Source: Candidatus Latescibacterota bacterium
GTDB lineage: Bacteria; Krumholzibacteriota; Krumholzibacteriia; WVZY01
NCBI GenBank assembly: GCA_963791045.1
Contig: CAWBQK010000002.1
Coordinates: forward strand, 1 to 64,000
Length of the DNA: 64,000 nucleotides
Direction: 5' to 3'
Shown here one piece after another: positions 31,940 to 40,992 of this stretch; positions within the stretch are counted from its first letter, which is position 1, and every line of letters starts with the position of its first letter. The notes beneath the pieces are model-generated. The model was given only the letters and a program-made list of their open reading frames with translations, made no database searches and was not told the origin of the DNA. Both the position numbers and the translations under genes were made by a program.

Positions 31940-33286
31940 TTACTCGAGCCACTTTCCAAATAGAGTGAGGTACATCATACGGTAGATGTCGGTGTTGTCG
32001 ACATTGTTGGGAAGCGCCTCCGAGTTCATGCCGTGCGCGCGGGCAACGACCCCGCCGGCAAAGTCGGCATCGCCCGCCCAGGCGATCCCGAACGCGAGCG
32101 CCTTGCCGGTGCGATCGGGCGCCGCGATAAACGGCGGCGTTTTCGATCCGTCGCGTCCGTCGAGCGGGGCGCCATCCTTCATCTTGCCGGGAAGCGCATT
32201 CTCGGGATTCTTGTGTTCGAGGACACACTGAATGCTCATCCCGCCGGCGTTGCTGTCGGCGGCGGTGATAATAAGTGTGTTGGGGTTCTTGTCGACGTAT
32301 TTCAACGCGACACCGATCGCTTCGTCGGCGCGCCGCAGAGCCTCGAGTGTGCCTTTTGCGTTGTTGCGGTTGCCGAAGTTATCGGTGCCTTCCTCCTCGA
32401 CGACGAGAAGGAATTCCCCGCCCTTCGCCTCGAACATGCGAAGCGCAAAGTCCGTCATCTCGGCGACCGACGGCGCCGTCTCGACATAGAGCGGCAGCCC
32501 TTCCGCTCTGAGTTCCTCTTCGGTCGCCTGGTTGAACGTGTGCCCCGCGGCGAAGACACCGAAGACTTTGTCGGTGGTTTCGGGGAGAGCGAGGAGCTCG
32601 TCGCGTGTGAAGACAACTTCGTAGCCGAGCGCCCGGGCGTGGTCGATTATATTCTCGCCGTCCTTGCGTTTGCCCGGCGCACCGTGACGGCCCATGACGC
32701 CCTTCGGCAGGAGGTATTCTTCGCCGCCCGCCATGACGACTTCCGCGCCGCTTTCAATAATCTTTTTTGTGATCTCGTCCGTCATCGCGCGCTCGTTGAC
32801 ACCGGCAAGGAATACTCCCGTTCCCGGCTCGGCGATCTGGCCGCTGTTGATGACGCCGACACTCAACCCCGCTTTCTGCGCCTCGGTCATGATGCTGTAT
32901 TTTTTGCCCGAGCGCGAGGTGAGCGGGTAGTCGCGGCTCGCGCCGTAACTGAAGTATTTCGCTTTGACGCCGTAGGCGTGTACTGTCGCGCCGCCGTTCG
33001 AACTGCTCGCGAGCGAGTCCTTGAGGTGGCCGCGGTAGACACCCATGTGATCGAGCTTGTCCCAGTTGAGCATTCCATCGGGGCCGACGGTGAGGAGACG
33101 CAGCGCCGCCCATGCCGAGATGCTCGTCCCGTCGGGATGGATGAAGATCGCGCTGCCGCGGATGGGCGTCGAGCTCTCCGCCTTTTTGGTGCCGAGCATC
33201 TTCACCACGATCACCGCCATGATCGCCGTCAACAGCATTACAATCGCCGCTTTTATGATCGTCGTTTTCAAATCTCTATTGTTCAT
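31940..33286 (-). CDS. Alkaline phosphatase family protein
   Basis: IFIHPDG, SSSNGGAT, EEEGTDNFGN, AADSNAGG, VDNTDIY. Confidence 0.85.
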   Translation of the reverse strand: MNNRDLKTTIIKAAIVMLLTAIMAVIVVKMLGTKKAESSTPIRGSAIFIHPDGTSISAWAALRLLTVGPDGMLNWDKLDHMGVYRGHLKDSLASSSNGGATVHAYGVKAKYFSYGASRDYPLTSRSGKKYSIMTEAQKAGLSVGVINSGQIAEPGTGVFLAGVNERAMTDEITKKIIESGAEVVMAGGEEYLLPKGVMGRHGAPGKRKDGENIIDHARALGYEVVFTRDELLALPETTDKVFGVFAAGHTFNQATEEELRAEGLPLYVETAPSVAEMTDFALRMFEAKGGEFLLVVEEEGTDNFGNRNNAKGTLEALRRADEAIGVALKYVDKNPNTLIITAADSNAGGMSIQCVLEHKNPENALPGKMKDGAPLDGRDGSKTPPFIAAPDRTGKALAFGIAWAGDADFAGGVVARAHGMNSEALPNNVDNTDIYRMMYLTLFGKWLE

Positions 33287-33419
33287 TCCAGGCTCCCTCG
33301 CAGTTGTCGCGGGCGTGGTCGCGGGCCGCGACCGGGCGGCCATCCACGATGATAGCAACAAACCCCCGCGAGGTGCAGGGGTTTGTTGAAGTTCCGATGA
33401 CGCGGCAGGCCGCCAAAAT

Positions 33420-33923
33420 CTACTCGTGGTGCTCTCTCATGTGGTCGAGATCTTCTTTGCCGAAATACGCCTCGTTGAATTCGGCTGTAAGTTTTTTTAG
33501 ATTTTCGACATGCTTGAGATCCGTCGTCTGCTTGGTCTTCATCGCTTCGACAAGCATCCCGTGCAGGAGCGTGAGCTTCTTGAGATAGCTGTCACGCGTC
33601 GCCGCGTCGGCACCCTCGGACGGTTTGAGCCGCTGTGTCATAAAATACTGGGTAACGATTTCCTGGATTTTGTTGGCGTGCTCTTCCTTGTTGGTCGTCC
33701 AACGGATGAGCTGGTTGTAGTCGACGGGCGTTGCCTTCGAGAGCTCGTTGATCTGCTTCATCGATTTTTCGATCGTCTGCACGTGTTCCTTGATGAGATA
33801 CACACGAACGTCGTCGTGATAAATCCCGCACGGGATCTCGCAGTGCGCGAGCGGCGACGACACCCAACCAAAAAGAATCAGCGCAACCGCAGCGACAAAA
33901 CCGGCGGCATGAATGCGTTTCAT
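33420..33923 (-). CDS. sodN: Nickel superoxide dismutase precursor
   Basis: Ni-hook HCEIPCGIY directly after signal peptide; KEEHA..IQ..YF. Confidence 0.92.
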   Translation of the reverse strand: MKRIHAAGFVAAVALILFGWVSSPLAHCEIPCGIYHDDVRVYLIKEHVQTIEKSMKQINELSKATPVDYNQLIRWTTNKEEHANKIQEIVTQYFMTQRLKPSEGADAATRDSYLKKLTLLHGMLVEAMKTKQTTDLKHVENLKKLTAEFNEAYFGKEDLDHMREHHE

Positions 33924-34053
33924 ATGGGGACTCCTTTGCTTATTCCTGAAAAACAGGCCTCTGATCTCTCTATTGTATGTGTATTGTGAAAGCGTCAATC
34001 AGATGTGGCCGTCGTATGTCATGTTGTGTGAAAATAAGCAATTGGCGCGGTAC

Positions 34054-34190
34054 AGCCAAGCTGAATCCAACACTCTGGCAACGGGGCAGCGCCCCGAACC
34101 GGGGGCCGCGGCATAGCCAAGTTGAATCAAACAATCTGGCAACGGGGCAGCGCCCCGAACCGGGGGCCGCGGCCGAGCCAAGTCGATTCG
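34054..34190. repeat. 61-bp direct repeat (about 2.2 copies) with GC hairpin
   Basis: AGCCAAG..GAATC..TCTGGCAACGGGGCAGCGCCCCGAACCGGGGGCCGCGGC starting at 34054 and 34115, partial at 34176. Confidence 0.85.
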
Positions 34191-34214
34191 CACGCACCCC
34201 GAAACGGACCCTGA

Positions 34215-35408
34215 ATGACCCCAACGAGCCCCAAGAAGCGCCTCCACCTGGACCCGAACCTCCATATTGTGTTCGCGGTTACACTTATGGCGGTGATGGG
34301 GGTAGCGAGCGTGACCCCGGCTTTTCCCAGGATTGCTGAGGCATTCGGCATTTCGCCAAAACAAATTGGCTATCTTATTACGGTATTTACAGTTCCGGGG
34401 GTCTTTTTGACGCCGGTCCTGGGGGTCCTCGCCGACCGCACGAGCCGCAAGCGGATCCTCGCGCCGTCGCTATTTCTCTTTGGCGCGGCCGGGGTGGCCT
34501 GCGCGTTTGTCAATGATTTCAACACGCTTCTCATGCTCAGGTTCATCCAGGGTGTGGGCGCCGCGGGGCTCGGCTCGCTAAACGTCACCATCATGGGCGA
34601 CCTTTACGCGGGGCACACACTCACGACGGCGATGGGGTACAACTCGAGCGTGCTCAGTATCGGGACGGCGACCTACCCGCTCATTGGCGGCGCGCTCGCC
34701 ATGCTCGGGTGGCACTACCCGTTCGTGCTCCCGATCGTCGCGATTCCCGTCGGAATCGCCGTACTCACCGCGCTCGAGTCGCCGGAGCCGGCGAACCAGC
34801 AGCGGTTGCGGTCGTATTTTGCCGACGTGTGGCAGATCGTCCGCGGCAGGTCGGTCATCGGGCTTCTTCTCGCCGGGCTCGTCACGTTCATCGGTCTCTA
34901 CGGCGCGTATCTGACCTTTCTTCCGTTTTTGATTTCCGATGAGTTTGGCGGTTCACCGCTATCGATCGGGCTCATCATGTCGGCCGCCTCGCTCGCGACG
35001 GCCGTCACATCGGCGCGCCTCGGCAGTCTTGCCCGCCGTTTCTCAGAGAAATCACTTCTCGCCACCGGGTACATCTTTTTTGCCGCGTCGCTTGCCCTGG
35101 TCCCGTTTGCTTCGAACATCTGGCAGCTCGTTCCGCCCGCGCTCGTCTACGGTGTCGGGTCGGGACTCAACATTCCCAACATTATTTCGCTTCTCTCCCG
35201 GTTTGCACCGCTCAACCAGCGCGCCGCCGTGATGTCGATCAACGGAATGGTGCTCCGGCTGGGGCAGACCCTGGGGCCGATGATCATGGCGGGGGTTTAC
35301 AGTGTGTGGGGGCTCGATGCGGTGTTCTACGCGGGGGCGATTTTTACGTTGGGAATGTGTGTTTTAGCCGTTATTATGATAAGACAACCAGATGAACGGG
35401 GCGTGTAG
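34215..35408 (+). CDS. MFS transporter
   Basis: GVLADRTSRKR motif A; about 12 TM segments. Confidence 0.9.
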   Translation: MTPTSPKKRLHLDPNLHIVFAVTLMAVMGVASVTPAFPRIAEAFGISPKQIGYLITVFTVPGVFLTPVLGVLADRTSRKRILAPSLFLFGAAGVACAFVNDFNTLLMLRFIQGVGAAGLGSLNVTIMGDLYAGHTLTTAMGYNSSVLSIGTATYPLIGGALAMLGWHYPFVLPIVAIPVGIAVLTALESPEPANQQRLRSYFADVWQIVRGRSVIGLLLAGLVTFIGLYGAYLTFLPFLISDEFGGSPLSIGLIMSAASLATAVTSARLGSLARRFSEKSLLATGYIFFAASLALVPFASNIWQLVPPALVYGVGSGLNIPNIISLLSRFAPLNQRAAVMSINGMVLRLGQTLGPMIMAGVYSVWGLDAVFYAGAIFTLGMCVLAVIMIRQPDERGV

Positions 35409-35464
35409 CGTCGCCCTCACATAATCGACAATTTCGATAATTGAATCTTAAAAAGGAGGCTCCC

Positions 35465-35677
35465 ATGCCCAACCATATCTATAAGAAAATCGAACTCACC
35501 GGTTCGTCGACGACGACGATCGAGGACGCCGTCAACGCGGCAATCGCCAAAGCGTCGGAGACAATCCGCAACATGGGTTGGTTCGAGGTCGTCGAGACCC
35601 GCGGCCAGATCCAGGACGGCAAGGTCGCCTACTGGCAGGTCACCCTCAAGATCGGTTTCACGCTCGACAAGGAGTAG
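35465..35677 (+). CDS. Dodecin (flavin-binding)
   Basis: [11 protein letters not shown]...WFEVVETRG...[18 protein letters not shown]. Confidence 0.93.
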   Translation: MPNHIYKKIELTGSSTTTIEDAVNAAIAKASETIRNMGWFEVVETRGQIQDGKVAYWQVTLKIGFTLDKE

Positions 35678-35770
35678 GAGCCACGGCGGGAACGATTGGC
35701 GGTTCGAAGAAATCAATGGAGGCATCGCAGAATAGTCATGACTATTTTACGATGCCTCGTTTTTTGTTGT

Positions 35771-36418
35771 TCAGTCCTCATCGGCGATCGGCAGGACCCC
35801 GGCAAGGAAATGCTGTTCGGGTACCGAGCCCTCGAGAACGCTCTTCTCATTCGCCACCGTTTTGGGAACGCCCATCACGCCGTACTTTTGTGCGAGGTGG
35901 GGGAATTCCATCGTCTCCACCATGTCTGCCGTGATGAAATCGCTTTCCATCGCAAACTTGTGTGCCAACTGCACAGCCGGTGCGCAGTAGGGTCAGGTGG
36001 GTGTAACGAACACCTGGAGGTGAAGCGGTTTTTTTAGCCCGGCGAGCGCTTTCTTGGTGTCGTCGGCGAGGCCTGAGTCCTTCTTCGATACCATGAGGAT
36101 CGATTCAAGGACGGTTGTGAACTCGTACCCCGATGGGATTCCGAAGAAACGAATTCCGTAATCCTTCTCTCCCATGACGACGGTCGCCGGTATCTTGTCG
36201 ATGTTGTATGCGTGGGCTTTATCCTTGTCGGCAACGAAGTCGAGGACTTCGAGCGAGATCTTGTCCGAGAGTCCCGCGATCTCTTCCATCAAGCGGCGGG
36301 TCTCGGTGCAGTACTGACATTCCATTTCCTGCGTGAAGTTGATGATCCTGACCGGTCCGTCGAGTTCCTTGAACTTCTCCTCGACCTGGGCCCGGACTTT
36401 ATCGTCGAGCAGCGCCAT
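35771..36418 (-). CDS. Two-domain thioredoxin-fold protein disulfide oxidoreductase, selenoprotein (UxxC)
   Basis: CQYC in domain 1, GIPSGYEF; in-frame VTPT-TGA-PYC continuing to GVMGVPK; hairpin after UGA. Confidence 0.88.
35968..35988 (-). promoter_or_regulatory. Putative bacterial SECIS hairpin
   Basis: ACTGCGCA-CCGGC-TGTGCAGT on the - strand, starting 5 nt after the UGA at 35995-35993. Confidence 0.65.
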
Positions 36419-36433
36419 GTCACATCGCCTCCT

Positions 36434-36898
36434 TTACAAGCTGTCCCGATACTTGATCTGCACACCTTTGAGGAAATTGCGCAAGATCTGATCTTTGCAT
36501 TCGCGGTAGTGCTTGTGATCCGGCCGCCGGAAAAACGCACTGAGCTCGGACTTGCCGATACGTTGGTCCGCCAGGGCAAGAATCTCCAGCACACCGTCCG
36601 CCTGAAGGTCCAAAGCGATTTTGAGCTTTCTGAAAATGATATTGTTCGTCAGGGTCTTCTCCGGCTCGGGCTGCGCGCCCTCTTTTTTGCCCCGTCTGTC
36701 GTTGATAAATCCATTGAGGAAAATCGCGAGCATCCGGTCCGGGCAGTTCTGATAGTCCGGATCTTCCTCTTTTTTTAACCAGTTGCTGATCTGCGGCCGG
36801 GTGACATCGACACCCGCCTGGCCAAACATGGAAATCATTTTCGAATCGCCGAGATCAAACGCATAGCGGATACGCCGCAAGACATCGTTATTGGTCAC
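36434..36898 (-). CDS. DUF1456 (YehS) family protein
   Basis: MTNNDVLRRIRY; LTNNIIFRKLKIAL; SELSAFFR..YRECKDQILRNFL. Confidence 0.9.
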   Translation of the reverse strand: MTNNDVLRRIRYAFDLGDSKMISMFGQAGVDVTRPQISNWLKKEEDPDYQNCPDRMLAIFLNGFINDRRGKKEGAQPEPEKTLTNNIIFRKLKIALDLQADGVLEILALADQRIGKSELSAFFRRPDHKHYRECKDQILRNFLKGVQIKYRDSL

Positions 36899-36938
36899 AA
36901 GTGTGTCCTCATCAGAAATACAACCGTTTCGAAACTTC

Positions 36939-37526
36939 CTACGATCTTACAAATTCCAAGAGAGGAATGAAATTCCCACCGTCCGCATCTTTGAGCGCCT
37001 TGATGTACCTGTTTCTGGTCTCACCCGAACTTGACAGGTCCTTTCTGCCCCAGGAGAACCGGGAATCGTGCAGAACGTTCTCCAAGAAAATGTCCGTCAT
37101 GATGCGTGCGTGGCGTCCGTTTCCGTTGGGAAACGCGTGAATCCAAACCAGGCGATGATGAAGACGAACGGCCATTTCCTCTGGCGATTCATTTTTTGCA
37201 GTCATCCATACTGTCACATCATCACACAAAATACCAAGGGACATCGGGATTTGATGCCAAGAGACCCCGATGTTCTTGTCGGTCCGGCGATACTGCCCCG
37301 CCCATCGCCACACATTGCCAAACATTCTTCTGTGCATTCGCTTGATAAACTTCTCATTCACGATGTTCGTCGGCTTTGTCCGATCAAGCCAGGCCAGTGC
37401 CTCAACTATGTTGTCTTGTTCCCAGCGGTTCAATTCCTCACGCGTGGTGATATGCGTGAGCAGCAACCCTCCCAACTCGTCTGGGTCGACAGGTGTGGCG
37501 CCGTCCGGATATTTGAAGTTTATCAT
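36939..37526 (-). CDS. Fic-domain protein (mobile mystery protein B)
   Basis: GATPVDPDE, WRWAGQYR, IHAFPNGNGRHAR Fic motif. Confidence 0.9.
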   Translation of the reverse strand: MINFKYPDGATPVDPDELGGLLLTHITTREELNRWEQDNIVEALAWLDRTKPTNIVNEKFIKRMHRRMFGNVWRWAGQYRRTDKNIGVSWHQIPMSLGILCDDVTVWMTAKNESPEEMAVRLHHRLVWIHAFPNGNGRHARIMTDIFLENVLHDSRFSWGRKDLSSSGETRNRYIKALKDADGGNFIPLLEFVRS

Positions 37527-37984
37527 GAGTCGTCCCACAAGTCTGAAGGAAGCGTGCGGATGATTTCATTGGTCAAATCAGCCAGCGCACTCGCGTTATC
37601 GTTTGCATTCAGCGATTGATTCTCCAGGCTCATGGATTGAGACGCCCTTTCAAGTCGCCGGGCCGCGACCTTCTGGGCCTGCCGGGCAACTGTCTCTTCC
37701 AAGCTCGTGCGTGGCACAAACCCGTATACAAACACACAATCGAGGCCTTCAGCGACTCGCCGCATGGTTTTGATGGTCACCGCCCCGGGGATCTCTTCTT
37801 TCTCAATCCGCGCCACAGCTTGCTGAGCGATGCCGAGGCGGCCGGCCAACTGCCGGGCGGTCATCCCCAGGCCGTCGCGGATGGCCCGTATCCATCCTTT
37901 CGGCGGCGCGGTGACCTGGAGCAGGGGGCGGAGACGCTGGAGCGACGCGTCAAGCTGCTCCCATATCAGTTTTTTCTTGTACAT
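37523..37984 (-). CDS. XRE-HTH protein (mobile mystery protein A)
   Basis: PPKGWIRAIRDGLGMT..QLA; SMSLENQ; LWD; overlaps the Fic gene start. Confidence 0.9.
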   Translation of the reverse strand: MYKKKLIWEQLDASLQRLRPLLQVTAPPKGWIRAIRDGLGMTARQLAGRLGIAQQAVARIEKEEIPGAVTIKTMRRVAEGLDCVFVYGFVPRTSLEETVARQAQKVAARRLERASQSMSLENQSLNANDNASALADLTNEIIRTLPSDLWDDS

Positions 37985-38036
37985 TATTTCGCGCCTTCGA
38001 GTTCAGGCCGGTGCTCATTCGACTCAACCCTTTCAA

Positions 38037-38120
38037 TACAACATATATATTGTAATGATGTCAAGGACAAACAACATATATATTGTACTTATGCGCCCGA
38101 GTTACAACATATATGTTGTA
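38037..38120. promoter_or_regulatory. Three 18-bp palindromic operator-like sites
   Basis: WACAACATATATRTTGTA at 38037, 38070 and 38103; TTGACA on the - strand at 38064-38059. Confidence 0.75.
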
Positions 38121-38165
38121 TGGCAGGCTCAAGCCGGCGTTGAGCCTGGCTTTGGCGGTCGGGGG

Positions 38166-38369
38166 CTACTTTGCGGCAAGCTCGTTGAGATCTTTGACGA
38201 AAACATCGATCTCCTCGTCGGTGAATCCTTTCTTCCGGGCCGCTTCCTCGAGCGTGCCCCAGATGGGCTCACCGCACGCGAGACACTTGATGTTCTTTTC
38301 CATGAGATACGTCACCGCTTTGGGAAGCTTGTGAACGAGATCTTCTATGAGGATGTCTTTCTCGATCAT
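38166..38369 (-). CDS. DUF1858-like small protein
   Basis: IEDLV..P..V.YL...KCLACG..WGTLEEAA. Confidence 0.75.
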   Translation of the reverse strand: MIEKDILIEDLVHKLPKAVTYLMEKNIKCLACGEPIWGTLEEAARKKGFTDEEIDVFVKDLNELAAK

Positions 38370-38438
38370 GACTTCTGACTCCTGCGTTTTTGCGCGGTTA
38401 GGCACGGGTCCTGTCATCGATTACCCCGCGCGTGCCGG

Positions 38439-40346
38439 TTACGGCAGCACGTGGACCTCGATACGCGACTGCTGCCCCTGTGTTCGGTACACACGGTGCA
38501 CCGCCTCGACAAACAGGACCTCCTCGGCGTTCACAATATCACCGACATAGGTCTGCGGGTTGCGATCGATGTACGGGAACCATGAACTCTGGATCTGCAC
38601 CATGATCTTGTGCCCGGCCTTGAACGTGTGACAGATGTCCGCGAGATCGAATGTCACGCGCGTGGGCTCACCGGGGACAAACTTCTTCGGTGTCGACGGG
38701 TCATCGCGGTAGCGACCGCGCACGACTCCCGCGCGGACGAGCATCTGATACGAACGAAGCATCATGAGCTGCCGCGATCCGTCCGAGCCCATGTCCTGCG
38801 GAAAAACATCGATTAGCTTAACCACCCAGTCGGCGTCCCCCTTCGACGTCGACACCCACAAGTCCGCGGTGATCGGCCCCGCGATTGTGACATCGGATTC
38901 GAGCGCCGGCGTCTCGTACATAACGACATCGGGGCGCCCGTACGCAAACCGCTGGTCCTCGACCATAAACTCGGGCGGCACCGTTTTGGTTTTCCGGTGG
39001 GTAAAGGGCACCGGATTCTGCGGGTCGCTTATAAACTCGTCGAACCCTTCCGCGGCTTCCGCGGCCACCGGTGAGAACCCAAGAGCACCGTCCGCGCCGG
39101 GATAAAGACTCTTCGTCTCCACGCCCTTCGGCGGCCAGTTGTCGAATGCGCGCCACTCATTTTGCCCCGTCTGAAAAACAAACGCCTCGGGCAGATCGGC
39201 GCGGCCCTTGTCTTTTAGAAAATATTCAAAGAACGTGAGCTCGATATTCTGTTGAAAAAACTCCGGTGTGTTCGACTCGAACATGATGTCGCCAAGACCG
39301 TCCTCGGCCTCGTACTGACCGAGCCACCCCTCATGCCCCCACGGCCCCATAACGAGAATGTTGAACGCGCCGGGGTTTTTCGATTCGACCGAGCGGTAGC
39401 ACGCAAGCGGCCCGGAAAGAGCGTGCGCGTCGAACCAGCCGCCGACCGTCATGACGGCCGGCGCAACTTTCTTAAGATGCGGCAGGAGATTGCGCGACTG
39501 CCAGAACGAGTCGTAGTCGAGGTGACGTGTGAGGTCGTTCCAGAACGGGCGCCGGGTTCGAAGGTAGAGGTCGTCGACATTGGACACAGGCCCCATGTTC
39601 AGCAAGAAATCATACCCGTCCGGCGGAATCCCCACATAGAGCATGTTGTACCGGGCGGTTTTTCCGGGAATCGGCTCACCGTATGTTGTAACAAAATCAA
39701 TCGCGTTCATGAGCATGAATGCGCCGTTTCCAAAAAACTGATCGCGCCAGGCGTCCACGAGCGGCGCCTGTGGTGAAACTGCTTTCAAAGCGGGGTGCGC
39801 GTCGATCATCCCCGCCGCGGCGCAAAAACCGGGGTAGCCAATTCCCCACATTCCCACGCGGCCATTGTTGTTGGGAATGTTTTTGACGAGCCAGTCGATG
39901 GTGTCGTACGTGTCGGTGCTTTCATCGATATCACGTTCACCTTGCTTACCTGTAATGTGCGGGGTGAAGTATTTGAGTTGTCCGCTCGATTCGTAGGTCC
40001 CGCGGATTTCCTGGCGGACGAGGATGTACCGCTCGCGTACGAGCGTCATGTTGGGACCCTGCGAGCGGCGCGCCCGCTCGCGGCCGAGGGCGCCGTACGG
40101 CGTTCGCTCGAGAAGGATGGGATAGGTCTGGCCATCATTGGGGTGGTAGACCACGGTAAAAAGCAACGCCCCGTCGCGCATCGGAACGTGATAGTCGTCG
40201 CGCGTGTAGTTCGCGTCGACATATTCCTGAAATTCGTCGGTCGGCCGCTTTGGCGCGTCGGCGGATATATCGGCACCGCTTGCGAGGATGATGGCGAACG
40301 CGAGTACCAACGCTGTCATGGTGTGTTTCAAAGTTGTCGTGAACAC
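38439..40346 (-). CDS. CocE/NonD-family hydrolase (alpha-amino acid ester hydrolase-like)
   Basis: VPMRDG, RTPY, DTYDTIDWL, GWFD, GPWGH, WFPYIDRNPQT. Confidence 0.9.
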   Translation of the reverse strand: MFTTTLKHTMTALVLAFAIILASGADISADAPKRPTDEFQEYVDANYTRDDYHVPMRDGALLFTVVYHPNDGQTYPILLERTPYGALGRERARRSQGPNMTLVRERYILVRQEIRGTYESSGQLKYFTPHITGKQGERDIDESTDTYDTIDWLVKNIPNNNGRVGMWGIGYPGFCAAAGMIDAHPALKAVSPQAPLVDAWRDQFFGNGAFMLMNAIDFVTTYGEPIPGKTARYNMLYVGIPPDGYDFLLNMGPVSNVDDLYLRTRRPFWNDLTRHLDYDSFWQSRNLLPHLKKVAPAVMTVGGWFDAHALSGPLACYRSVESKNPGAFNILVMGPWGHEGWLGQYEAEDGLGDIMFESNTPEFFQQNIELTFFEYFLKDKGRADLPEAFVFQTGQNEWRAFDNWPPKGVETKSLYPGADGALGFSPVAAEAAEGFDEFISDPQNPVPFTHRKTKTVPPEFMVEDQRFAYGRPDVVMYETPALESDVTIAGPITADLWVSTSKGDADWVVKLIDVFPQDMGSDGSRQLMMLRSYQMLVRAGVVRGRYRDDPSTPKKFVPGEPTRVTFDLADICHTFKAGHKIMVQIQSSWFPYIDRNPQTYVGDIVNAEEVLFVEAVHRVYRTQGQQSRIEVHVLP

Positions 40347-40352
40347 TGACGT

Positions 40353-40793
40353 TTATCCCTTTCTCCGTGATGTCAAAAATCCGATGGGCAGGAACATCGG
40401 CACGCGTTTTTGATACTCTCTGTATTCGTCGCCGGACTCGGTAAGCCCCTTACCGGCAGCATCGCCGCCGAGCTGGCGCAGCCCCAGAAACCGCCTGAGG
40501 TCATAGTGCCGGGCGCCCGTGATAAAAAGTATCAATGCGGCCGCAAGAAGCGACGCCTGGGCGTACACGAAGAAGCCTTCCCAGCTCCACACCACCCGGC
40601 TCTCGAGCGATCGTTCGTACCAGGCAATCGCCACCAGAGTCAGAAGCGCCACAATATTATACAACAGCCGGTAGAAACGAATTCCACGCCCCGGGCGCCG
40701 TTCGAGGCGGCACATCACCGCTGGCGTTATCATCGCGCTGTGGATGACGCACCAGCATATCCACAACGCGGCGAGTATAATGTGTGATTTCAT
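40353..40793 (-). CDS. NnrU/ICMT-like membrane protein, apparently internally shortened
   Basis: HSAM, FYRLLYN, FLGLRQ then directly GDEYREYQKRVPM. Confidence 0.6.
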   Translation of the reverse strand: MKSHIILAALWICWCVIHSAMITPAVMCRLERRPGRGIRFYRLLYNIVALLTLVAIAWYERSLESRVVWSWEGFFVYAQASLLAAALILFITGARHYDLRRFLGLRQLGGDAAGKGLTESGDEYREYQKRVPMFLPIGFLTSRRKG

Positions 40794-40992
40794 CACTGGT
40801 TCGGTAATAATACCACACCAGGGGCCATGCGTCCGGCAATGCACCCGCGTATCAGGGAGATATTTTCAGTAAGCATCTCAACCCCGGCACTCCGTGCTTT
40901 CGTTTTTTGGCTGCGGTAAGTTGTCAAATATGGCAACTTATGAGCATGGTGTGAAGTGACCTGGTGTCGGTTCAAATGACGGGAACATTGCT

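Noticed and set aside
31877-31944. Duplicated CGCCCGGCGGCCGGTTTAC
   Set aside because: Only two short copies at a gene end; no function supportable
34054-34190. Mini-CRISPR
   Set aside because: Units are adjacent without spacers and too long
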